A DNA stretch of 64,000 bases from Pseudomonas phage pPa_SNUABM_DT01. Location: the sequence record MW735835.1; one strand, 5' to 3'. This document shows positions 27,607-35,954 of the stretch, one piece after another; within the stretch, counting starts at the first letter, position 1, and the number at the start of each line of letters is the position of its first letter. The position numbers were made by a program, and so were the translations under genes. The notes under the pieces are model-generated. The model did not search any database. It saw only the letters and a program-made list of their open reading frames with translations, and was not told the DNA's origin.

Positions 27607-28359
27607 ATGATGGGTGTCAACATAAGGAGCGCACTCGTGCAACAAGAAACGGCCCACCTCTGGGATAGCTTGCAGTACCGTCAGGAAATGCATGATCGAC
27701 TGTTCCACAGCGACATCTACAACCTGGCCAAGCCCCACCGCCTGACCCACTTGGTTCTGCATCAGGCCAAGTACGTGTCGCGCTACCACATGGCCCTCAA
27801 GGATGCCGATGCGTTCCGTAAGACCTACTCGGACAAGTCGGAAACCACCACGTTGCCCGAGGGCCACATCACTGAAGCCGTGAGGCGACTGACCATCGAC
27901 GGGGTGATCATCTGCCTGTCCACGTTGAACGTCTGCAACCGCAAGATGTCCGACCTGCTCGACAAGTACATGATCTGGGATCTGAACGAATGTGCTGATC
28001 AACTGATCGTCTCCATGGGCAAGATGGCCAAGACTGTGGAAGACATCGACCACATGGCGCAGATCCGTCCGCTGGGCACCATGGTCGAACTGACAAAGGT
28101 CATGACCCAGGCGTACATCAACCTGTGGACCTTCTCCAGTGACCGAGATGGCGTTAATCATTTGCTAGAAGCATGCTACCATCGGCTGAACGAGGTAGAG
28201 CGGAAGCACATCTTCGCCGATCAGCTCCAGACCGAGATGCTCGTCAGTATCAACGAACATCGCAAGCGCACCGGCCATCCGACCGTGACCCCATCTGCCG
28301 CCTACATGGACATCGCTGTATGGCGCAGTGGTAATGGCGGCGGTGCCGTCTCCGGCTAA
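27607..28359 (+). CDS. hypothetical protein (about 250 aa)
   Basis: SD gaaggtacacATGATG. Real composition; the minus ORF 27586..28161 was rejected. Confidence 0.55.
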   Translation: MMGVNIRSALVQQETAHLWDSLQYRQEMHDRLFHSDIYNLAKPHRLTHLVLHQAKYVSRYHMALKDADAFRKTYSDKSETTTLPEGHITEAVRRLTIDGVIICLSTLNVCNRKMSDLLDKYMIWDLNECADQLIVSMGKMAKTVEDIDHMAQIRPLGTMVELTKVMTQAYINLWTFSSDRDGVNHLLEACYHRLNEVERKHIFADQLQTEMLVSINEHRKRTGHPTVTPSAAYMDIAVWRSGNGGGAVSG

Positions 28360-28374
28360 TCGAACTTTCCACAA

Positions 28375-28398
28375 TGATACATTATCTTTGTGCACATA
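28375..28398 (+). promoter_or_regulatory. promoter-like box tgATACATTATCtttGTGcacatac (class B)
   Basis: Located 30 nt upstream of the SD/ATG of the tubulin gene and shares ATACATTATC with 5500, 40837, 50001 and 54912. Confidence 0.5.
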
Positions 28399-28427
28399 CT
28401 TCAACCACCTCCGTGAGGAAGCAACAC

Positions 28428-29420
28428 ATGAATCAGAACAACGGCCTCTCTACCCGCCCCGTCGGCAAGATCCGCATCTACGGTTGCGGTGGTGGTGGCG
28501 TGAACATCGGTAAGGAATACCTGGATCAGGGTCACAGTGGCGACATCGCCAACATCGAGGCCTGCTTCATCGATACCTCCGACGCCAACCTGGAAGACCG
28601 CCTGATCGACAAGACCTGGCTGTTCGACGACCTCGATGGCTCCGGCGCCGTTCGCCAGACCAACGTGGCCGCCATCCAGAAAGCAATTCCCGACATCATC
28701 CGCAAGTTCCCGGCGGCCGACGTCAACATCGTGATCTTCACCCTGGCCGGCGGCACCGGCTCGGTCGCAGGTCCGCTGCTACTGCAACAACTGCTGGCCG
28801 ACGGCCACATGGCGGTCGCCATCGTCATCGGTGCCAAGCACTCCGGCCGTAACGCCGAGAACACTCTGGCCACCGTCAAGACCCTGGACGCCATCCGTCA
28901 CGTCACCGGCAAGCCGGTCGTCATGCACCTGGGCATCAACTCCACCAACGCGCCGACCGATGACGGCGTGGACCGTGAAGCTCATCTGATGATCACCTCG
29001 CTGGCCATGCTGTGCTCCCGCCGTAACCATCGCCTGGACACCGCCGACCTGCGTTCGCTGTTCGACTTCACCAAGTCCACCAGCGCCCCGGCTCAGATGT
29101 GCCGTCTGCACGTGACCGACAACACCGAAGCCTTCAACAAGGTGATGAAGACCGGCCCGCTGGCCGCTGCGTACCTGCTGCGCCAGTCCACCGACCCGGT
29201 ACCGGATCTGTTCGTGCCTTACAGCACCTACGGCACCATGCCGGCCATCGCCCAGGCCAGTGGCAGCCTGTTCTTCGGCATCGAGAGCGGTTCGATGGTT
29301 GAACTGCACAAGCTGGTCGCTGACCTGCAAAAAGAAGTCGAAACCCAGAAGCGGGCGGCTACCCAAGCCACCAACTTCGTCGATGCTCCGCCGGCCGGCG
29401 GCAGCGTCCTGGTCTTCTGA
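28428..29420 (+). CDS. phuZ: tubulin/FtsZ-like GTPase, PhuZ-type phage spindle protein
   Basis: T1 loop IYGCGGGGVNIG (GGGGxxxG) and the tubulin signature TLAGGTGSVAGP (GGTGSG). SD gaggaagcaacacATG. At 330 aa its size fits PhuZ. Confidence 0.8.
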   Translation: MNQNNGLSTRPVGKIRIYGCGGGGVNIGKEYLDQGHSGDIANIEACFIDTSDANLEDRLIDKTWLFDDLDGSGAVRQTNVAAIQKAIPDIIRKFPAADVNIVIFTLAGGTGSVAGPLLLQQLLADGHMAVAIVIGAKHSGRNAENTLATVKTLDAIRHVTGKPVVMHLGINSTNAPTDDGVDREAHLMITSLAMLCSRRNHRLDTADLRSLFDFTKSTSAPAQMCRLHVTDNTEAFNKVMKTGPLAAAYLLRQSTDPVPDLFVPYSTYGTMPAIAQASGSLFFGIESGSMVELHKLVADLQKEVETQKRAATQATNFVDAPPAGGSVLVF

Positions 29421-29427
29421 CCCACAC

Positions 29428-29470
29428 GGACTGTGGAGCTAACCCCTCCACAGTCCTTATGCCGTGTTAC
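29428..29470 (+). terminator. hairpin ggactgtggagctaacccctccacagtcc followed by a TATGCCGTGTT box
   Basis: Begins 8 nt after the phuZ stop. Same TATGCC flank as other hairpins. Confidence 0.5.
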
Positions 29471-29487
29471 CGAGACAAGGAGATTCC

Positions 29488-29964
29488 ATGTCATCCACCC
29501 ATCCTGGCTACATCAGCGCTGCTCGCCTCGAAGACCTGCGCGACCTGTGCCAACCATCGCAGTTCAATACCACCGAAGAAGCCCACAGCGCCCTGCATAA
29601 CGGCATTATCGGTCTGCTCAAGAATACCGACAAACTCTGGGTCGATGCCCGGCGTTTGATCCCCGGTGACATGTTCATGAACGACGACGCCAGCGGTCGC
29701 GTGTTCATCGTCAAGGATCGTTTCTTCCATTACACCCACCATACCCGGCTGTCTCAGCGTATGGTGTTCGGTGAACCCCAAACCCCGCACGGGACCAACG
29801 TCCTGCAAGGCGAGTACCTCGAACTCTCCCTCAAGGACACTGTGCCCGGCGCATCGTTCTACGCATGCGTTCACACTGGTCTGATTTACAGCGCTGTCGC
29901 AGACAAAGACCCCTTCCCGGATTACAAGATCGGGAAGTCCGTTTACCTCATCACTAAGCCCTAA
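29488..29964 (+). CDS. hypothetical protein (158 aa)
   Basis: Strong SD aaggagattccATG. Track ORF 29464 trimmed to this start. Confidence 0.6.
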   Translation: MSSTHPGYISAARLEDLRDLCQPSQFNTTEEAHSALHNGIIGLLKNTDKLWVDARRLIPGDMFMNDDASGRVFIVKDRFFHYTHHTRLSQRMVFGEPQTPHGTNVLQGEYLELSLKDTVPGASFYACVHTGLIYSAVADKDPFPDYKIGKSVYLITKP

Positions 29965-29976
29965 CAGGAGACCATC

Positions 29977-30687
29977 ATGTCCCAGAAGAAAGAACTGATC
30001 TACGGTGCCGATGGCAAACCCATGTATGAACTGGTCGACACCACCCGTGCCAGTCAGTGCATGAAATGGGTCCCGGTCTACGGCGGCAAGCCGCTGCTCC
30101 GTGTGGGCTTCCTCTCCCCGGTACCGAAGCGTCACCTGACCGACGGCGAGTACATCCACGACAGTCGCCCGATCGCTTGGCCGGTCTACCATCCGTACTG
30201 GATCGTCCGCATGTCTGACGACGCCAACATGCTGATGGCCTACGTCGAGAAGCTGGAAGACGTCAAGGTCTACTGGCCGGAAGCGACCGAGATCACCGTC
30301 TTCGAAGAAGGCGCTGAGCGTTACGGCTTCAACGCCAACTTCCCCGAGCCTACCTGGCTGAAGGAAGTCTGGGCGCCGGAGTTCACCGTGGCTCCGCGTA
30401 AGATCGGCGTGTACCGTATCTTCGACGCCGACAACGATGTCCTGAACATCATCGGCTACAGCGACGACGTGGACTACGCCGTGCAGCTGAACAACCACAA
30501 GCTGGAGTACGGCAACCACGAGGACCAGGAGTTCCAGGCTGAATACCCGGGCTGGCAATACCTGACCATCGAGTTCTACCCGACGCCGACGCTGGAAGCG
30601 GCCAAGGCCAAGTACGACGAGCTGTACAAGTTCCACCACCAGGCCGGCAACGAAGAAGGCAACCTGCCGACCAATCTGTTGATCTGA
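29977..30687 (+). CDS. hypothetical protein (236 aa)
   Basis: SD aggagaccatcATG. The antisense ORF 29491..30639 was rejected. Confidence 0.65.
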   Translation: MSQKKELIYGADGKPMYELVDTTRASQCMKWVPVYGGKPLLRVGFLSPVPKRHLTDGEYIHDSRPIAWPVYHPYWIVRMSDDANMLMAYVEKLEDVKVYWPEATEITVFEEGAERYGFNANFPEPTWLKEVWAPEFTVAPRKIGVYRIFDADNDVLNIIGYSDDVDYAVQLNNHKLEYGNHEDQEFQAEYPGWQYLTIEFYPTPTLEAAKAKYDELYKFHHQAGNEEGNLPTNLLI

Positions 30688-30692
30688 CCGGC

Positions 30693-30986
30693 ATGAAACC
30701 GTTCACGTCAGATTTGTTGAGCGGTTTCGATGAGACCACCGAGCAGGCCCAGCTTGCTCGGTTCTCCAGGAAGCGACTGGTTCAGACGAGCCCGCCGTAT
30801 CCTTGTGTACTCGAAGCGCTTGACGCAGCCGAGGCAAATAACCACATGGACTTCTGCGATTACAGTTACGTTGATTCCCGTAATCGCGTGGTAGCCATCT
30901 TTGAATACAACGATGTGACGCCTGACAAGCCCGTTGGTAAAGGGCAAGAACGCGTCCTCATCCCGCACTACGAGAGAAAGCCATGA
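30693..30986 (+). CDS. hypothetical protein (97 aa)
   Basis: Tightly packed ORF in the same orientation. Confidence 0.5.
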   Translation: MKPFTSDLLSGFDETTEQAQLARFSRKRLVQTSPPYPCVLEALDAAEANNHMDFCDYSYVDSRNRVVAIFEYNDVTPDKPVGKGQERVLIPHYERKP

Positions 30987-31168
30987 TCAACCCGTATGGG
31001 AAACTGAACGATGAAGTCCTGGACCTTGCAGTCAAGATGAAGATCGAGCCCGACTTCTCCAACGTACGCCAACGGGTACGCAACGCATCGCTGGCCATGA
31101 AGGTCAAATACAAGCGTGCGATTATCGCCAACTCCATCGACAACCTGCTTGACGGCAACGATTTCTGA
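30983..31168 (+). CDS. hypothetical small protein (61 aa)
   Basis: ATGA overlap with the upstream gene. Confidence 0.45.
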   Translation: MINPYGKLNDEVLDLAVKMKIEPDFSNVRQRVRNASLAMKVKYKRAIIANSIDNLLDGNDF

Positions 31169-31178
31169 GGACAACCCC

Positions 31179-31382
31179 ATGTGCACCATCTTTGAATGTG
31201 AAAAGTGCGGCAACGTCGACTCCATCCATGCTACCCAGCAAACCAGCGTGGGTTACGAGTGCGGCCGTTGCAAGACCGGCGAATGGCATGGCCAGTTCCC
31301 CGAAGAGCGCTACGAGTTCGAGAAGCACGGCCCTGCGCTGAACAAGTCCAACCCCTCGGGTGACTACGCCAGTTTCAGTTGA
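31179..31382 (+). CDS. small Cys4 zinc-ribbon protein (67 aa)
   Basis: CEKCGN...CGRCKTG pairs of CxxC. ATG inside track ORF 31116..31382. Confidence 0.5.
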   Translation: MCTIFECEKCGNVDSIHATQQTSVGYECGRCKTGEWHGQFPEERYEFEKHGPALNKSNPSGDYASFS

Positions 31383-31390
31383 TCCATCAA

Positions 31391-31431
31391 AGAGAGCAGA
31401 GGAATTCCTCTGCTCTCTGGCTTTATTTTTT
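31391..31431 (+). terminator. intrinsic terminator (agagagcagaggaattcctctgctctct plus tttatttttt)
   Basis: Perfect 11-bp stem followed by a T-run. Confidence 0.7.
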
Positions 31432-31486
31432 CAGACGACCAACCGGTTATTATATACTGGGGTGACCTATTCTGTAGGGGGAGGAT

Positions 31487-31828
31487 ATGAATATCGAATT
31501 TAAGGGCCCTACGGCGCTCATCTTCGACGTTTCAGCCCTTACCGGTACCCTAGATATAGGTGGAATGATTCCGCCTCTTGCATGGCAGTTTGTGATCGAG
31601 CAAGACCTGATCGAAAAAGTCGGATTGACGATGGTGTCCACAACACCTCACTGTCCTTCGTTGGAGAATCAGTACAGCTTGATTCGCAAGTTGCAAGACC
31701 GGTACGAGCAGACGTTCGTTGATCAGCTTGATCAGCACTTGACAGCGCACCTGCGCTTGTTCGGGTTATCAATCGAGATGACATTGGATTACTTGGTCGT
31801 CTTTAAAGAGAACACACTTAGGAGTTAG
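31487..31828 (+). CDS. hypothetical protein (113 aa), first gene of the lower-GC island
   Basis: SD gggggaggatATG. Local GC is noticeably lower than the flanks. Confidence 0.5.
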   Translation: MNIEFKGPTALIFDVSALTGTLDIGGMIPPLAWQFVIEQDLIEKVGLTMVSTTPHCPSLENQYSLIRKLQDRYEQTFVDQLDQHLTAHLRLFGLSIEMTLDYLVVFKENTLRS

Positions 31829-31830
31829 CC

Positions 31831-32439
31831 GTGCAAAACATCGCAGTCCCCATTTCCGAGCTAGTCTCGTACCTTGATGAGACGCTCAGCCTGTGGCCTC
31901 GTGGCTACAACGTAGAGCCCACTGGCCCGGCGCGGAGTGATGTACTGGTACGAGCTGCTGCTGCGTTCGCCCAAGATTACATCCTGATGTCCATGCGTCA
32001 TTTGCGTCGGAAACCTGACCCGTTCCTGACCTTGCTGGATCATCTGGGTTACCCACTGCGCGCCATGTCGGAAGCTGAAACGGATGAGCTGTGCAATGAG
32101 GCGGATGACTTCTTCCTCAACATGACTCTGATGTTCGACCAATTCGTCGACGGTGTGGTTAAGGCTGTCGGGACCCGCAACGTGGAGTTCCGGCACATCG
32201 CGTTCACCGAAGACCTGATCATCGAGGTGAAAGAAGATGCCGCTGCCGAGCGGTACAAGCGCATGCTGATGAAAGTCAAGCGGTTGACCCCTCCGACCCG
32301 CGTGCAAGAGGTCGATGACCTCGGGCCGTATCAGGAATACATCGATTACGCGTTGGGTGAGGTGTTCAACAACATCCACAACCCGACGATTCATGATGAA
32401 GTCAAGCGCATGTTCACCGAGAGCCTCAACCGTCAGTAA
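31831..32439 (+). CDS. hypothetical protein (202 aa)
   Basis: SD aggagttagccGTG/ATG region. The antisense ORF 31861..32472 was rejected. Confidence 0.55.
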   Translation: MQNIAVPISELVSYLDETLSLWPRGYNVEPTGPARSDVLVRAAAAFAQDYILMSMRHLRRKPDPFLTLLDHLGYPLRAMSEAETDELCNEADDFFLNMTLMFDQFVDGVVKAVGTRNVEFRHIAFTEDLIIEVKEDAAAERYKRMLMKVKRLTPPTRVQEVDDLGPYQEYIDYALGEVFNNIHNPTIHDEVKRMFTESLNRQ

Positions 32440-32450
32440 GGTGTCGTCCC

Positions 32451-32894
32451 ATGGTGAGTTTCCTAGTGTCAACTGGCGAGATGGAGAGCATGATCATGGA
32501 CATGCTTTCCGATCAGTTTGGTGGTTGCTTCACAATGGAGGCGACCAACGTCATCGGCCGCCTGGTCGATACCTATAATCGGACGGAGTCAGCCGAACTG
32601 GTTGATGCCGTGATCGAGTCGATCAGGATGCCCTTGGTTGACTACTCCCCCGTGGATGTCATCGTGGACCACTTCCTGGCTCTCGTACAGAAGCCAGTGG
32701 ATCTTACGGTGTACGTGCCGAACCTGGAATACAGTGCCGCGAACGATACGATCGTGGTACGCCAGTTCAAGCGCCCGGTGCCTAACCCTACAACCCGAAT
32801 AAAGGAAGACTTCAACCATGCCCAACAGCAGGGTGACTTCTTTCCTGAAAGGCTACGGCGCGCTTACGAAGAGCTTGTATCCTCAGGCATATAA
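32451..32894 (+). CDS. hypothetical protein (147 aa)
   Basis: ORF with normal composition. Confidence 0.5.
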   Translation: MVSFLVSTGEMESMIMDMLSDQFGGCFTMEATNVIGRLVDTYNRTESAELVDAVIESIRMPLVDYSPVDVIVDHFLALVQKPVDLTVYVPNLEYSAANDTIVVRQFKRPVPNPTTRIKEDFNHAQQQGDFFPERLRRAYEELVSSGI

Positions 32895-33306
32895 GCCTTA
32901 TCACGTCGACCGTGTCACGGTGGGTCCAGCCCCTGACACGGTACGTTTCGTGTTGGTGGAAAGCCCGATGGAACACGAGACCTTTAAGGAGTATTACCGT
33001 CAACTGGGACGGATAGGGATCATGATCCCCATGGTCGAGATGATTAACTGCGCTCTCAGGCGCAGGAGTGTCCTCGACACGCGTGCTGGCCGTTCATGGA
33101 TCAACAGAACATCAGAGGAGCGCGTCGCGCTCTTCAAAGCAGAGATAGCTAACATCAACCTAGCCATGCAGTTAGGGTTCAACGGACTCTTGCGCAATGC
33201 CTGTGGGGATTGCCTTGTCATGGAGTACTGTGACGGCTTGATGGTTATAGAGGTGAGAAGAGTTGTCGACTGGAATAAGCTCAATCGCTTTGAAGTTACC
33301 GTATGA
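32818..33306 (+). CDS. hypothetical protein (162 aa)
   Basis: Overlaps the previous ORF by 77 nt in another frame; the start may be internal. Confidence 0.4.
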   Translation: MPNSRVTSFLKGYGALTKSLYPQAYKPYHVDRVTVGPAPDTVRFVLVESPMEHETFKEYYRQLGRIGIMIPMVEMINCALRRRSVLDTRAGRSWINRTSEERVALFKAEIANINLAMQLGFNGLLRNACGDCLVMEYCDGLMVIEVRRVVDWNKLNRFEVTV

Positions 33307-33518
33307 CGGGGCGTTCAATATGCTCGGCAGGAAGCTGGCCGATCAAATTGGCGCCTCGGCATTACTTTATGCCGCAATAGCGTATTTTGTCTTCGATGAG
33401 GCGTTCTACCTTGAGGACCTCTCGGAGAATTTTCCCGAGTTGCATGATGATTTGCTGTGGTGGTGTGATGACATCTATTCATCGTTTTACGCCACCTTCA
33501 AGAACCTTAGGACCTTTT

Positions 33519-34064
33519 ATGAAACTACCGATGATCCTGCCCAGGAACGCGCTCATTCGCCAATGTGCGGAAAGCGGTGGCGTCGGGCACAAAGACCGTT
33601 CCAGCTTCTCAGGGTCGTCTATTACGAACCCGATGAAGATGTCTACATTACGGCCTCGCGAGACCCGAGTGATCATCACCTTGGAAGCATCTGGCGAATT
33701 TCTGGGCAACGTCCTGAAAGTGTGCTCGGCAACAGGCATGAGCATCGAGGAATTGTTTTCCTACCTTTCCAACGCTCTCGACGCCTACCGCGCCGATCAA
33801 TTCCCACCGGCCCTGTTGATGAATGACCGCTTGCCACGAGCTGAGCAGGTCGACGTCCAGGCCACGCTTGGCAACCTGATCGAACAGTACACCGCAGAGA
33901 CGGAACAACTGGTGAAATTGATCGGTGTGCCACGCCTCGTGGAGGTACATGGAGATGATGATATTGCCGTTGTCGAAGTCAGCAAACCAGAACCTGAGCC
34001 CCTGCCAAGTCCCGATCGCATTGTGCATCCCCGTCGAAGGAGACTGGTTAAGCACGATCGATAG
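33519..34064 (+). CDS. hypothetical protein (C-terminal part of a possibly frameshifted gene)
   Basis: Frame B of the overlapping ORFs 33263..33826 and 33387..34064. Frame B has the GC-rich third positions downstream of about 33520, whereas frame A looks coding only upstream of that point. Confidence 0.4.
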   Translation: MKLPMILPRNALIRQCAESGGVGHKDRSSFSGSSITNPMKMSTLRPRETRVIITLEASGEFLGNVLKVCSATGMSIEELFSYLSNALDAYRADQFPPALLMNDRLPRAEQVDVQATLGNLIEQYTAETEQLVKLIGVPRLVEVHGDDDIAVVEVSKPEPEPLPSPDRIVHPRRRRLVKHDR

Positions 34065-34155
34065 AGAACTGCTCGTTGTCTGCGTTTCCTCGGCCCTAGC
34101 GGGTGTAATTAAGAACACCATTGCCGCTGAATATGGGCAAGCACTCAGTTATTGG

Positions 34156-34356
34156 ATGAGGAAGTCTACGAATCGTCGGCATTCCATGGCACGCTTGATG
34201 GTGCAGTTGGACGAAGCTTTCGAGCTGGTGCTGGCAGTGTTTGTAGGCATTGCAGATCAACTAAGTAGATACCGGTTCATCGAATCGCTAGTCACCGAGT
34301 TGGTGGCGTACGATGCGGCTGACGGATCATTGGTAGTGAGAATTTCCGATGGCTGA
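34156..34356 (+). CDS. hypothetical small protein (start uncertain)
   Basis: Tail of track ORF 33925..34356. First ATG after the upstream stop (34064); a non-ATG start further upstream is possible. Confidence 0.25.
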   Translation: MRKSTNRRHSMARLMVQLDEAFELVLAVFVGIADQLSRYRFIESLVTELVAYDAADGSLVVRISDG

Positions 34357-34705
34357 ATGTAACATCATCCTGGACGGCGTCGACATCCATCGACGCTTCC
34401 TGGACGACCTGTCAAGGGTCTTTGACCACCAGTACGATATCGATGAGGTCTACGCCTTATATCCCGACTGGTGCCGTCGTGGGCAGATTCACGTGGATGC
34501 CTACGCCCGGCCGCTGTACCCGGTTTTCCCCGGCTCCGCAAAAGAAGAGCAAGAAGAAGCCGAAGATAACTTCATAGCCTTGCGAAATGCTATGATCAAC
34601 CTGTACTGCGCGATTGATCGTGCAACTCCCGGATTGGACCGTCGCAGCGTCGTGCATGCTGGATTCTACCCGGGCGAAGAAGCACTGATCATCACCACCC
34701 GCTAA
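34349..34705 (+). CDS. hypothetical protein (118 aa)
   Basis: ATGA-type overlap with the previous ORF. Normal composition. Confidence 0.5.
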   Translation: MAECNIILDGVDIHRRFLDDLSRVFDHQYDIDEVYALYPDWCRRGQIHVDAYARPLYPVFPGSAKEEQEEAEDNFIALRNAMINLYCAIDRATPGLDRRSVVHAGFYPGEEALIITTR

Positions 34706-34713
34706 GGACATCC

Positions 34714-35010
34714 ATGATCATCATCAATACTTCAGAGGTCATCGCTGACCTAATACCTGAGGTATGTCACCACCTAGACCCGGATGCGCCGTTTTACGAC
34801 GAACTCCCTCTGGATGTTCGGAAGTACTTCAAGGCACTCATTCTAAAAGCCTTCAACGCTGCCAAGCAGGAAGACCTGTACTGCAACGTGAACTGGCTTT
34901 TGCGCATCCAGTGCGACCGATCGTTTATCGCCGTCGCCGACAGGCGGTGGGTAGACGTAGAAGTGGTTGACTCCGACGGGACCTTCGTTTTACTTATCGA
35001 GGAACGCTAA
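34714..35010 (+). CDS. hypothetical protein (98 aa)
   Basis: SD aaggacatccATG. Confidence 0.5.
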   Translation: MIIINTSEVIADLIPEVCHHLDPDAPFYDELPLDVRKYFKALILKAFNAAKQEDLYCNVNWLLRIQCDRSFIAVADRRWVDVEVVDSDGTFVLLIEER

Positions 35011-35012
35011 TC

Positions 35013-35420
35013 ATGATTTCTGAATACGTCGGTAAGACGGTGCGTTTCAACACGCTGGCGCCCAATGTCCTGGGCGCTAACCGTGACAACGTCATCGTCA
35101 AGGCCGTCCTCGACCTCGACACTGCGCGACTGCTCAGCGATGTGCGGTCCAAGCACGCTCAGGTCAAGCCTTACATCGCCAATCTGCCGGAAGCGGCTGG
35201 TTCGTACAGTTACGTCAAGCTGGTTCACGGCAACGGTCAGTCAGAAGTTCTGGGTGTGCCGTGGGTAGACAGCAGCACCATTGAAATCATCTCCGATCGG
35301 AAACTGGTCGTCACCATCGACAAGGTGAGCGACTCCACCGAACAACTCGTGCGTGAGGCGCTGTTGCAAAATGGTGTTTCGAACTTCAAGATCGACTACG
35401 CGGGCACCGTGGCCTCCTAA
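35013..35420 (+). CDS. hypothetical protein (135 aa)
   Basis: Starts 2 nt after the previous stop. Confidence 0.55.
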   Translation: MISEYVGKTVRFNTLAPNVLGANRDNVIVKAVLDLDTARLLSDVRSKHAQVKPYIANLPEAAGSYSYVKLVHGNGQSEVLGVPWVDSSTIEIISDRKLVVTIDKVSDSTEQLVREALLQNGVSNFKIDYAGTVAS

Positions 35421-35496
35421 GCCTCGCCGCCCTGATTACCGCCTCGACAGACGGGAGGGCTATGAAAACCAAGTCCTCCTTCCTTTTGATGACCGC

Positions 35497-35880
35497 TTCA
35501 TGTCCGGTTACGGCGATTTCCTTGACAAGGTCGATTCGATCGCCTGTCAGTACGAGGTCTCCGATGACGCTCGACACGGGATGTTCCAGCTCACCCAGTT
35601 GGCCGTCCATGTCGAGATCATGATAGAAGAGAAGAACGGGGAAACAGCCCTTGCTGATAACTTCATGGAAGACGTCTACAGCACCCTTGGTGATGTCGTG
35701 GGCGGAGCTTTCATGGATGCTGTGCTGGAGTTTCACAACGACAAGCCACCCCCGCGTGATCTGGATACCTTGAGGATGGTGCATGCTCAGTCTGAAGGCT
35801 TTGTCCTGATGGGCGTGACCCCTGTACGTGAAGAAGACACGATCATCTACACGTTCGTCAACTTGGGATTCAGTCAATAA
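35497..35880 (+). CDS. hypothetical acidic protein (start uncertain)
   Basis: First in-frame ATG of track ORF 35353..35880 after the upstream stop. A strong SD gggaggg lies at 35452 but precedes an out-of-frame ATG. Confidence 0.35.
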   Translation, partial: FMSGYGDFLDKVDSIACQYEVSDDARHGMFQLTQLAVHVEIMIEEKNGETALADNFMEDVYSTLGDVVGGAFMDAVLEFHNDKPPPRDLDTLRMVHAQSEGFVLMGVTPVREEDTIIYTFVNLGFSQ

Positions 35881-35884
35881 AAAC

Positions 35885-35931
35885 GGAGAGTAGCTCTATT
35901 ATGAGCTACTCTCCGATACTTTATTTTTTCT
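35885..35931 (+). terminator. intrinsic terminator (ggagagtagctctattatgagctactctcc plus ttattttttctttt)
   Basis: Perfect 12-bp stem followed by a T-run. The ATG at 35901 annotated in the ORF track sits inside the hairpin loop. Confidence 0.7.
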
Positions 35932-35954
35932 TTTGTTGGGACAAGGCACGAGCG

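Noticed and set aside
35452-35615. 53-aa ORF after a perfect SD gggaggg (MKTKSSFLLMTASCPV...)
   Set aside because: Ser/Pro/Thr-rich low-complexity product in a GC3-poor frame. The overlapping frame of ORF 35353..35880 is protein-like, although its start remains uncertain.
35901-35954. ORF-track start codon ATG at 35901 for the polymerase gene
   Set aside because: That ATG lies in the loop of the terminator hairpin 35885-35914 and the encoded N-terminus (MSYSPILYFFFCWDKARA) is junk. The downstream ATG at 35955 was preferred.
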